The notes under the pieces: model-generated
Seen by the model: the letters and a program-made list of their open reading frames with translations, nothing else
Database searches by the model: none
What the model was told of the DNA's origin: nothing
Part shown: positions 14,101 to 28,295 of the stretch, piece after piece
How positions within the stretch are numbered: the first letter of the stretch is position 1
Layout: each line of letters starts with the position of its first letter
Position numbers and translations under genes: made by a program
NCBI RefSeq assembly: GCF_009914755.1
Contig: NC_060925.1
Length of the DNA stretch: 64,000 nt
Direction: 5' to 3' (one strand)
DNA from: the human T2T-CHM13v2.0 reference genome, Homo sapiens

Positions 14101-17100
14101 GGAATCATCATCGAATGGAAATGAAAGGAGTCATCATCTAATGGAATTGCATGGAATCATCATAAAATGGAATCGAATGGAATCAACATCAAATGGAATC
14201 AAATGGAATCATTGAACGCAATTGAATGGAATCGTCATCGAATGAATTGACTGCAATCATCGAATGGTCTCGAATGGAATCATCTTCAAATGGAATGGAA
14301 TGGAATCATCGCATAGAATCGAATGGAATTATCATCGAATGGAATCGAATGGAATCAACATCAAACGGAAAAAAACGGAATTATCGAATGGAATCGAAGA
14401 GAATCATCGAATGGACCCGAATGGAATCATCTAATGGAATGGAATGGAATAATCCATGGACTCGAATGCAATCATCATCGAATGGAATCGAATGGAATCA
14501 TCGAATGGACTCGAATGGAATAATCATTGAACGGAATCGAATGGAATCATCATTGGATGGAAATGAATGGAATCATCATCGAATGGAATCGAATAGAATT
14601 ATGGAATGAAATCCAGTGTGATCATCATCGAATGGACCCGAATGGAATCATCATCCAACGGAAGCTAATGGAATCAACATCGAATGAATCGAATGGAAAC
14701 ACCATCGAATTGAAACGAATGGAATTATCATGAAATTGAAATGGATGGACTCATCATCGAATGGATTCGAATGGAATCATCGAATAAAATTGATTGAAAT
14801 CATCATCGAATGGAATCGAATGGTATCATTGAATGGAATCGAATGGAATCATCATCAGATGGAAATGAATGGAATCGTCATAGAATGGAATCGAATGGAT
14901 TCATTGAATGGAATCAGATGGAATCATCGAATGGACTGGAATGGAATCATTGAATGGACTCGAAAGGGATCATTATTGAATGGAATTGAATGGAATCATC
15001 GAATGGTCTCGATTGGAATAATTATCAAATGGAATCGAATGGAATCACCGAATAGAATCGAATGGAACAATCATCGAATGGACTCAAATGGAATTATCCT
15101 CAAATGGAATCGAATGGAATTATCGAATGCAATCGAATGGAATTATCGAATGCAATCGAATAGAATCATCGAATGGACTCGAATGGAATCATCGAATGGA
15201 ATGGAATGGAACAGTCAATGAACTCGAATGGAATCATCATTGAATGGAATCGAATGGAATCATCGAGTGGAATCGAATGGAATTATGATCAAATGGAATC
15301 GAATGTAATCATCATCAAATGGAATCAAAAATAACCATCATCAATTGGTATTGAATGGAATTGTCATCAAATGGAATTCAAAGGAATCATCATCAAATGG
15401 AACCGAATGGAATCCTCATTGAATGGAAATGAAAGGGGTCATCATCTAATGGAATCGCATGGAATCATCATCAAATGGAATCGAATGGAATCATCATCAA
15501 ATGGAATCTAATGGAATCATTGAACAGAATTGAATGGAATCGTCATCGAATGAATTGAATGCAATCATCGAATGGTCTCGAATGGAATCATCTTCTAATG
15601 GAAAGGAATGGAATCATCGCATAGAATCGAATGGAATTATCATCGAATGGAATCGAATGGTATCAACACCAAACGGAAAAAAACGGAATTATCGAATGGA
15701 ATCGAAGAGAATCTTCGAACGGACCCGAATGGAATCATCTAATGGAATGGAATGGAATAATCCATGGACTCGAATGCAATCATCATCGAATGGAATGGAA
15801 TGGAATCATCGAATGGACTCGAATGGAATAATCATTGAACGGAATCGAATGGAATCATCATCGGATGGAAACGAATGGAATCATCATCGAATGGAAATGA
15901 AAGGAGTCATCATCTAATGGAATTGCATGGAATCATCATAAAATGGAATCGAATGGAATCAACATCAAATGGAATCAAATGGAATCATTGAACGCAATTG
16001 AATGGAATCGTCATCGAATGAATTGACTGCAATCATCGAATGGTCTCGAATGGAATCATCTTCAAATGGAATGGAATGGAATCATCGCATAGAATCGAAT
16101 GGAATTATCATCGAATGGAATCGAATGGAATCAACATCAAACGGAAAAAAACGGAATTATCGAATGGAATCGAAGAGAATCATCGAATGGACCCGAATGG
16201 AATCATCTAATGGAATGGAATGGAATAATCCATGGACTCGAATGCAATCATCATCGAATGGAATCGAATGGAATCATCGAATGGACTCGAATGGAATAAT
16301 CATTGAACGGAATCGAATGGAATCATCATCGGATGGAAATGAATGGAATCATCATCGAATGGAATCGAATAGAATTATGGAATGAAATCCAGTGTGATCA
16401 TCATCGAATGGACCCGAATGGAATCATCATCCAACGGAAGCTAATGGAATCAACATCGAATGAATCGAATGGAAACACCATCGAATTGAAACGAATGGAA
16501 TTATCATGAAATTGAAATGGATGGACTCATCATCGAATGGATTCGAATGGAATCATCGAATAAAATTGATTGAAATCATCATCCAATGGAATCGAATGGA
16601 ATCATCATCAGATGGAAATGAATGGAATCGTCATAGAATGGAATCGAATGGATTCATTGAATGGAATCAGATGGAATCATCGAATGGACTGGAATGGAAT
16701 CATTGAATGGACTCGAAAGGGATCATTATTGAATGGAATTGAATGGAATCATCGAATGGTCTCGATTGGAATCATTATCAAATGGAATCGAATGGAATCA
16801 CCGAATAGAATCGAATGGAACAATCATCGAATGGACTCAAATGGAATTATCCTCAAATGGAATCGAATGGAATTATCGAATGCAATCGAATGGAATTATC
16901 GAATGCAATCGAATAGAATCATCGAAAGGACTCGAATGGAATCATCGAATGGAATGGAATGGAACAGTCAATGAACTCGAATGGAATCATCATTGAATGG
17001 AATCGAATGGAATCATCGAGTGGAATCGAATGGAATTATGATCAAATGGAATCGAATGTAATCATCATCAAATGGAATCAAAAATAACCATCATCAATTG

Positions 17101-20100
17101 GTATTGAATGGAATTGTCATCAAATGGAATTCAAAGGAATCATCATCAAATGGAACCGAATGGAATCCTCATTGAATGGAAATGAAAGGGGTCATCATCT
17201 AATGGAATCGCATGGAATCATCATCAAATGGAATCGAATGGAATCATCATCAAATGGAATCTAATGGAATCATTGAACAGAATTGAATGGAATCGTCATC
17301 GAATGAATTGAATGCAATCATCGAATGGTCTCGAATGGAATCATCTTCTAATGGAAAGGAATGGAATCATCGCATAGAATCGAATGGAATTATCATCGAA
17401 TGGAATCGAATGGTATCAACACCAAACGGAAAAAAACGGAATTATCGAATGGAATCGAAGAGAATCTTCGAACGGACCCGAATGGAATCATCTAATGGAA
17501 TGGAATGGAATAATCCATGGACTCGAATGCAATCATCATCGAATGGAATGGAATGGAATCATCGAATGGACTCGAATGGAATAATCATTGAACGGAATCG
17601 AATGGAATCATCATCAGATGGAAACGAATGGAATCATCATCGAATGTAAATGAAAGGAGTCATCATCTAATGGAATTGCATGGAATCATCATCAAATGGA
17701 ATCGAATGGAATCAACATCAAATGGAATCAAATGGAATCATTGAACGGAATTGAATGGAATCGTCATCGAATGAATTGACTGCAATCATCGAATGGTCTC
17801 GAATGGAATCATCTTCAAATGGAATGGAATGGAATCATCGCATAGAATCGAATGGAATTATCATCGAATGGAATCGAATGGAATCAACATCAAACGGAAA
17901 AAAACGGAATTATCGAATGGAATCGAAGAGAATCATCGAATGGACCCGAATGGAATCATCTAATGGAATGGAATGGAATAATCCATGGACTCGAATGCAA
18001 TCATCATCGAATGGAATCGAATGGAATCATTGAATGGACTCGAATGGAATAATCATTGAACGGAATCGAATGGAATCATCATCGGATGGAAATGAATGGA
18101 ATCATCATCGAATGGAATCGAATAGAATTATGGAATGAAATCCAGTGTGATCATCATCGAATGGACCCGAATGGAATCATCATCCAACGGAAGCTAATGG
18201 AATCAACATCGAATGAATCGAATGGAAACACCATCGAATTGAAACGAATGGAATTATCATGAAATTGAAATGGATGGACTCATCATCGAATGGATTCGAA
18301 TGGAATCATCGAATAAAATTGATTGAAATCATCATCCAATGGAATCGAATGGTATCATTGAATGGAATCGAATGGAATCATCATCAGATGGAAATGAATG
18401 GAATCGTCATAGAATGGAATCGAATGGATTCATTGAATGGAATCAGATGGAATCATCGAATGGACTGGAATGGAATCATTGAATGGACTCGAAAGGGATC
18501 ATTATTGAATGGAATTGAATGGAATCATCGAATGGTCTCGATTGCAATCATTATCAAATGGAATCGAATGGAATCACCGAATAGAATCGAATGGAACAAA
18601 CATCGAATGGACTCAAATGGAATTAACCTCCAATGGAATCGAATGGAATTATCGAATGCAATCGAATAGAATCATCGAATGGACTCGAATGGAATCATCG
18701 AATGGAATGGAATGGAACAGTCAATGAACTCGAATGGAATCATCATTGAATGGAATCGAATGGAATCATCGAGTGGAATCGAATGGAATTATGATCAAAT
18801 GGAATCGAATGTAATCCTCATCAAATGGAATCAAAAATAACCATCATCAATTGGTATTGAATGGAATTGTCATCAAATGGAATTCAAAGGAATCATCATC
18901 AAATGGAACCGAATGGAATCCTCATTGAATGGAAATGAAAGGGGTCATCATCTAATGGAATCGCATGGAATCATCATCAAATGGAATCGAATGGAATCAT
19001 CATCAAATGGAATCTAATGGAATCATTGAACAGAATTGAATGGAATCGTCATCGAATGAATTGAATGCAATCATCGAATGGTCTCGAATGGAATCATCTT
19101 CTAATGGAAAGGAATGGAATCATCGCATAGAATCGAATGGAATTATCATCGAATGGAATCGAATGGTATCAACACCAAACGGAAAAAAACGGAATTATCG
19201 AATGGAATCGAAGAGAATCTTCGAACGGACCCGAATGGAATCATCTAATGGAATGGAATGGAATAATCCATGGACTCGAATGCAATCATCATCGAATGGA
19301 ATGGAATGGAATCATCGAATGGACTCGAATGGAATAATCATTGAACGGAATCGAATGGAATCATCATCGGATGGAAACGAATGGAATCATCATCGAATGG
19401 AAATGAAAGGAGTCATCATCTAATGGAATTGCATGGAATCATCATAAAATGGAATCGAATGGAATCAACATCAAATGGAATCAAATGGAATCATTGAACG
19501 GAATTGAATGGAATCGTCATCGAATGAATTGACTGCAATCATCGAATGGTCTCGAATGGAATCATCTTCAAATGGAATGGAATGGAATCATCGCATAGAA
19601 TCGAATGGAATTATCATCGAATGGAATCGAATGGAATCAACATCAAACGGAAAAAAACGGAATTATCGAATGGAATCGAAGAGAATCATCGAATGGACCC
19701 GAATGGAATCATCTAATGGAATGGAATGGAATAATCCATGGACTCGAATGCAATCATCATCGAATGGAATCGAATGGAATCATCGAATGGACTCGAATGG
19801 AATAATCATTGAACGGAATCGAATGGAATCATCATCGGATGGAAATGAATGGAATCATCATCGAATGGAATCGAATAGAATTATGGAATGAAATCCAGTG
19901 TGATCATCATCGAATGGACCCGAATGGAATCATCATCCAACGGAAGCTAATGGAATCAACATCGAATGAATCGAATGGAAACACCATCGAATTGAAACGA
20001 ATGGAATTATCATGAAATTGAAATGGATGGACTCATCATCGAATGGATTCGAATGGAATCATCGAATAAAATTGATTGAAATCATCATCCAATGGAATCG

Positions 20101-21237
20101 AATGGAATCATCATCAGATGGAAATGAATGGAATCGTCATAGAATGGAATCGAATGGATTCATTGAATGGAATCAGATGGAATCATCGAATGGACTGGAA
20201 TGGAATCATTGAATGGACTCGAAAGGGATCATTATTGAATGGAATTGAATGGAATCATCGAATGGTCTCGATTGCAATCATTATCAAATGGAATCGAATG
20301 GAATCACCGAATAGAATCGAATGGAACAATCATCGAATGGACTCAAATGGAATTATCCTCCAATGGAATCGAATGGAATTATCGAATGCAATCGAATGGA
20401 ATCATCGAATGGACTCGAATGGAATCATCGAATGGAATGGAATGGAACAGTCAATGAACTCGAATGGAATCATCATTGAATGGAATCGAATGGAATCATC
20501 GAGTGGAATCGAATGGAATTATGATCAAATGGAATCGAATGTAATCCTCATCAAATGGAATCAAAAATAACCATCATCAATTGGTATTGAATGGAATTGT
20601 CATCAAATGGAATTCAAAGGAATCATCATCAAATGGAACCGAATGGAATCCTCATTGAATGGAAATGAAAGGGGTCATCATCTAATGGAATCGCATGGAA
20701 TCATCATCAAATGGAATCGAATGGAATCATCATCAAATGGAATCTAATGGAATCATTGAACAGAATTGAATGGAATCGTCATCGAATGAATTGAATGCAA
20801 TCATCGAATGGTCTCGAATGGAATCATCTTCTAATGGAAAGGAATGGAATCATCGCATAGAATCGAATGGAATTATCATCGAATGGAATCGAATGGTATC
20901 AACACCAAACGGAAAAAAACGGAATTATCGAATGGAATCGAAGAGAATCTTCGAACGGACCCGAATGGAATCATCTAATGGAATGGAATGGAATAATCCA
21001 TGGACTCGAATGCAATCATCATCGAATGGAATGGAATGGAATCATCGAATGGACTCGAATGGAATAATCATTGAACGGAATCGAATGGAATCATCATCGG
21101 ATGGAAACGAATGGAATCATCATCGAATGGAAATGAAAGGAGTCATCATCTAATGGAATTGCATGGAATCATCATAAAATGGAATCGAATGGAATCAACA
21201 TCAAATGGAATCAAATGGAATCATTGAACGCAATTGA

Positions 21238-24200
21238 ATGGAATCGTCATCGAATGAATTGACTGCAATCATCGAATGGTCTCGAATGGAATCATCTTCA
21301 AATGGAATGGAATGGAATCATCGCATAGAATCGAATGGAATTATCATCGAATGGAATCGAATGGAATCAACATCAAACGGAAAAAAACAGAATTATCGTA
21401 TGGAATCGAAGAGAATCATCGAATGGACCCGAATGGAATCATCTAATGGAATGGAATGGAATAATCCATGGACTCGAATGCAATCATCATCGAATGGAAT
21501 CGAATGGAATCATCGAATGGACTCGAATGGAATAATCATTGAACGGAATCGAATGGAATCATCATCGGATGGAAATGAATGGAATCATCATCGAATGGAA
21601 TCGAATAGAATTATGGAATGAAATCCAGTGTGATCATCATCGAATGGACCCGAATGGAATCATCATCCAACGGAAGCTAATGGAATCAACATCGAATGAA
21701 TCGAATGGAAACACCATCGAATTGAAACGAATGGAATTATCATGAAATTGAAATGGATGGACTCATCATCGAATGGATTCGAATGGAATCATCGAATAAA
21801 ATTGATTGAAATCATCATCCAATGGAATCGAATGGTATCATTGAATGGAATCGAATGGAATCATCATCAGATGGAAATGAATGGAATCGTCATAGAATGG
21901 AATCGAATGGATTCATTGAATGGAATCAGATGGAATCATCGAATGGACTGGAATGGAATCATTGAATGGACTCGAAAGGGATCATTATTGAATGAAATTG
22001 AATGGAATCATCGAATGGTCTCGATTGGAATCATTATCAAATGGAATCGAATGGAATCACCGAATAGAATCGAATGGAACAATCATCGAATGGACTCAAA
22101 TGGAATTATCCTCCAATGGAATCGAATGGAATTATCGAATGCAATCGAATGGAATTATCGAATGCAATCGAATAGAATCATCGAAAGGACTCGAATGGAA
22201 TCATCGAATGGAATGGAATGGAACAGTCAATGAACTCGAATGGAATCATCATTGAATGGAATCGAATGGAATCATCGAGTGGAATCGAATGGAATTATGA
22301 TCAAATGGAATCGAATGTAATCATCATCAAATGGAATCAAAAATAACCATCATCAATTGGTATTGAATGGAATTGTCATCAAATGGAATTCAAAGGAATC
22401 ATCATCAAATGGAACCGAATGGAATCCTCATTGAATGGAAATGAAAGGGGTCATCATCTAATGGAATCGCATGGAATCATCATCAAATGGAATCGAATGG
22501 AATCATCATCAAATGGAATCTAATGGAATCATTGAACAGAATTGAATGGAATCGTCATCGAATGAATTGAATGCAATCATCGAATGGTCTCGAATGGAAT
22601 CATCTTCTAATGGAAAGGAATGGAATCATCGCATAGAATCGAATGGAATTATCATCGAATGGAATCGAATGGTATCAACACCAAACGGAAAAAAACGGAA
22701 TTATCGAATGGAATCGAAGAGAATCTTCGAACGGACCCGAATGGAATCATCTAATGGAATGGAATGGAATAATCCATGGACTCGAATGCAATCATCATCG
22801 AATGGAATGGAATGGAATCATCGAATGGACTCGAATGGAATAATCATTGAACGGAATCGAATGGAATCATCATCGGATGGAAACGAATGGAATCATCATC
22901 GAATGGAAATGAAAGGAGTCATCATCTAATGGAATTGCATGGAATCATCATAAAATGGAATCGAATGGAATCAACATCAAATGGAATCAAATGGAATCAT
23001 TGAACGGAATTGAATGGAATCGTCATCGAATGAATTGACTGCAATCATCGAATGGTCTCGAATGGAATCATCTTCAAATGGAATGGAATGGAATCATCGC
23101 ATAGAATCGAATGGAATTATCATCGAATGGAATCGAATGGAATCAACATCAAACGGAAAAAAACGGAATTATCAAATGGAATCGAAGAGAATCATCGAAT
23201 GGACCCGAATGGAATCATCTAATGGAATGGAATGGAATAATCCATGGACTCGAATGCAATCATCATCGAATGGAATCGAATGGAATCATTGAATGGACTC
23301 GAATGGAATAATCATTGAACGGAATCGAATGGAATCATCATCGGATGGAAATGAATGGAATCATCATCGAATGGAATCGAATAGAATTATGGAATGAAAT
23401 CCAGTGTGATCATCATCGAATGGACCCGAATGGAATCATCATCCAACGGAAGCTAATGGAATCAACATCGAATGAATCGAATGGAAACACCATCGAATTG
23501 AAACGAATGGAATTATCATGAAATTGAAATGGATGGACTCATCATCGAATGGATTCGAATGGAATCATCGAATAAAATTGATTGAAATCATCATCCAATG
23601 GAATCGAATGGTATCATTGAATGGAATCGAATGGAATCATCATCAGATGGAAATGAATGGAATCGTCATAGAATGGAATCGAATGGATTCATTGAATGGA
23701 ATCAGATGGAATCATCGAATGGACTGGAATGGAATCATTGAATGGACTCGAAAGGGATCATTATTGAATGGAATTGAATGGAATCATCGAATGGTCTCGA
23801 TTGCAATCATTATCAAATGGAATCGAATGGAATCACCGAATAGAATCGAATGGAACAATCATCGAATGGACTCAAATGGAATTATCCTCCAATGGAATCG
23901 AATGGAATTATCGAATGCAATCGAATAGAATCATCGAATGGACTCGAATGGAATCATCGAATGGAATGGAATGGAACAGTCAATGAACTCGAATGGAATC
24001 ATCATTGAATGGAATCGAATGGAATCATCGAGTGGAATCGAATGGAATTATGATCAAATGGAATCGAATGTAATCCTCATCAAATGGAATCAAAAATAAC
24101 CATCATCAATTGGTATTGAATGGAATTGTCATCAAATGGAATTCAAAGGAATCATCATCAAATGGAACCGAATGGAATCCTCATTGAATGGAAATGAAAG

Positions 24201-27200
24201 GGGTCATCATCTAATGGAATCGCATGGAATCATCATCAAATGGAATCGAATGGAATCATCATCAAATGGAATCTAATGGAATCATTGAACAGAATTGAAT
24301 GGAATCGTCATCGAATGAATTGAATGCAATCATCGAATGGTCTCGAATGGAATCATCTTCTAATGGAAAGGAATGGAATCATCGCATAGAATCGAATGGA
24401 ATTATCATCGAATGGAATCGAATGGTATCAACACCAAACGGAAAAAAACGGAATTATCGAATGGAATCGAAGAGAATCTTCGAACGGACCCGAATGGAAT
24501 CATCTAATGGAATGGAATGGAATAATCCATGGACTCGAATGCAATCATCATCGAATGGAATGGAATGGAATCATCGAATGGACTCGAATGGAATAATCAT
24601 TGAACGGAATCGAATGGAATCATCATCGGATGGAAACGAATGGAATCATCATCGAATGGAAATGAAAGGAGTCATCATCTAATGGAATTGCATGGAATCA
24701 TCATAAAATGGAATCGAATGGAATCAACATCAAATGGAATCAAATGGAATCATTGAACGGAATTGAATGGAATCGTCATCGAATGAATTGACTGCAATCA
24801 TCGAATGGTCTCGAATGGAATCATCTTCAAATGGAATGGAATGGAATCATCGCATAGAATCGAATGGAATTATCATCGAATGGAATCGAATGGAATCAAC
24901 ATCAAACGGAAAAAAACAGAATTATCGTATGGAATCGAAGAGAATCATCGAATGGACCCGAATGGAATCATCTAATGGAATGGAATGGAATAATCCATGG
25001 ACTCGAATGCAATCATCATCGAATGGAATCGAATGGAATCATCGAATGGACTCGAATGGAATAATCATTGAACGGAATCGAATGGAATCATCATCGGATG
25101 GAAATGAATGGAATCATCATCGAATGGAATCGAATAGAATTATGGAATGAAATCCAGTGTGATCATCATCGAATGGACCCGAATGGAATCATCATCCAAC
25201 GGAAGCTAATGGAATCAACATCGAATGAATCGAATGGAAACACCATCGAATTGAAACGAATGGAATTATCATGAAATTGAAATGGATGGACTCATCATCG
25301 AATGGATTCGAATGGAATCATCGAATAAAATTGATTGAAATCATCATCCAATGGAATCGAATGGTATCATTGAATGGAATCGAATGGAATCATCATCAGA
25401 TGGAAATGAATGGAATCGTCATAGAATGGAATCGAATGGATTCATTGAATGGAATCAGATGGAATCATCGAATGGACTGGAATGGAATCATTGAATGGAC
25501 TCGAAAGGGATCATTATTAAATGGAATTGAATGGAATCATCGAATGGTCTCGATTGGAATCATTATCAAATGGAATCGAATGGAATCACCGAATAGAATC
25601 GAATGGAACAATCATCGAATGGACTCAAATGGAATTATCCTCAAATGGAATCGAATGGAATTATCGAATGCAATCGAATGGAATTATCGAATGCAATCGA
25701 ATAGAATCATCGAAAGGACTCGAATGGAATCATCGAATGGAATGGAATGGAACAGTCAATGAACTCGAATGGAATCATCATTGAATGGAATCGAATGGAA
25801 TCATCGAGTGGAATCGAATGGAATTATGATCAAATGGAATCGAATGTAATCATCATCAAATGGAATCAAAAATAACCATCATCAATTGGTATTGAATGGA
25901 ATTGTCATCAAATGGAATTCAAAGGAATCATCATCAAATGGAACCGAATGGAATCCTCATTGAATGGAAATGAAAGGGGTCATCATCTAATGGAATCGCA
26001 TGGAATCATCATCAAATGGAATCGAATGGAATCATCATCAAATGGAATCTAATGGAATCATTGAACAGAATTGAATGGAATCGTCATCGAATGAATTGAA
26101 TGCAATCATCGAATGGTCTCGAATGGAATCATCTTCTAATGGAAAGGAATGGAATCATCGCATAGAATCGAATGGAATTATCATCGAATGGAATCGAATG
26201 GTATCAACACCAAACGGAAAAAAACGGAATTATCGAATGGAATCGAAGAGAATCTTCGAACGGACCCGAATGGAATCATCTAATGGAATGGAATGGAATA
26301 ATCCATGGACTCGAATGCAATCATCATCGAATGGAATGGAATGGAATCATCGAATGGACTCGAATGGAATAATCATTGAACGGAATCGAATGGAATCATC
26401 ATCGGATGGAAACGAATGGAATCATCATCGAATGGAAATGAAAGGAGTCATCATCTAATGGAATTGCATGGAATCATCATCAAATGGAATCGAATGGAAT
26501 CAACATCAAATGGAATCAAATGGAATCATTGAACGGAATTGAATGGAATCGTCATCGAATGAATTGACTGCAATCATCGAATGGTCTCGAATGGAATCAT
26601 CTTCAAATGGAATGGAATGGAATCATCGCATAGAATCGAATGGAATTATCATCGAATGGAATCGAATGGAATCAACATCAAACGGAAAAAAACGGAATTA
26701 TCGAATGGAATCGAAGAGAATCATCGAATGGACCCGAATGGAATCATCTAATGGAATGGAATGGAATAATCCATGGACTCGAATGCAATCATCATCGAAT
26801 GGAGTCGAATGGAATCATTGAATGGACTCGAATGGAATAATCATTGAACGGAATCGAATGGAATCATCATCGGATGGAAATGAATGGAATCATCATCGAA
26901 TGGAATCGAATAGAATTATGGAATGAAATCCAGTGTGATCATCATCGAATGGACCCGAATGGAATCATCATCCAACGGAAGCTAATGGAATCAACATCGA
27001 ATGAATCGAATGGAAACACCATCGAATTGAAACGAATGGAAATATCATGAAATTGAAATGGATGGACTCATCATCGAATGGATTCGAATGGAATCATCGA
27101 ATAAAATTGATTGAAATCATCATCCAATGGAATCGAATGGTATCATTGAATGGAATCGAATGGAATCATCATCAGATGGAAATGAATGGAATCGTCATAG

Positions 27201-28295
27201 AATGGAATCGAATGGATTCATTGAATGGAATCAGATGGAATCATCGAATGGACTGGAATGGAATCATTGAATGGACTCGAAAGGGATCATGATTGAATGG
27301 AATTGAATGGAATCATCGAATGGTCTCGATTGCAATCATTATCAAATGGAATCGAATGGAATCACCGAATAGAATCGAATGGAACAATCATCGAATGGAC
27401 TCAAATGGAATTATCCTCCAATGGAATCGAATGGAATTATCGAATGCAATCGAATAGAATCATCGAATGGACTCGAATGGAATCATCGAATGGAATGGAA
27501 TGGAACAGTCAATGAACTCGAATGGAATCATCATTGAATGGAATCGAATGGAATCATCGAGTGGAATCGAATGGAATTATGATCAAATGGAATCGAATGT
27601 AATCCTCATCAAATGGAATCAAAAATAACCATCATCAATTGGTATTGAATGGAATTGTCATCAAATGGAATTCAAAGGAATCATCATCAAATGGAACCGA
27701 ATGGAATCCTCATTGAATGGAAATGAAAGGGGTCATCATCTAATGGAATCGCATGGAATCACCATCAAATGGAATCGAATGGAATCATCATCAAATGGAA
27801 TCTAATGGAATCATTGAACAGAATTGAATGGAATCGTCGTCGAATGAATTGAATGCAATCATCGAATGGTCTCGAATGGAATCATCTTCTAATGGAAAGG
27901 AATGGAATCATCGCATAGAATCGAATGGAATTATCATCGAATGGAATCGAATGGTATCAACACCAAACGGAAAAAAACGGAATTATCGAATGGAATCGAA
28001 GAGAATCTTCGAACGGACCCGAATGGAATCATCTAATGGAATGGAATGGAATAATCCATGGACTCGAATGCAATCATCATCGAATGGAATGGAATGGAAT
28101 CATCGAATGGACTCGAATGGAATAATCATTGAACGGAATCGAATGGAATCATCATCGGATGGAAACGAATGGAATCATCATCGAATGGAAATGAAAGGAG
28201 TCATCATCTAATGGAATTGCATGGAATCATCATCAAATGGAATCGAATGGAATCAACATCAAATGGAATCAAATGGAATCATTGAACGGAATTGA
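21238..28295 (+). repeat. Local higher-order repeat, 2 x 3529 bp (1776+1753)
   Basis: u13/u15 share ACAGAATTATCGTA and CGAAAGGAC. u14/u16 share CATTGAATGGACTC, ATTGCAATC and the second 23-bp deletion. Confidence 0.75.

Larger units (their letters stand above)
18..16001 (+). repeat. Homogeneous block of nine full-length 1776-bp units (u1-u9)
   Basis: Spacing is a constant 1776 bp from 18 to 16002, with only scattered substitutions between copies. Confidence 0.95.

Noticed and set aside
18-16001. Assembly collapse or artificial duplication as the cause of near-identical units
   Set aside because: Units carry distinct, hierarchically shared variants rather than being exact copies. This cannot be fully excluded for individual junctions without reads.
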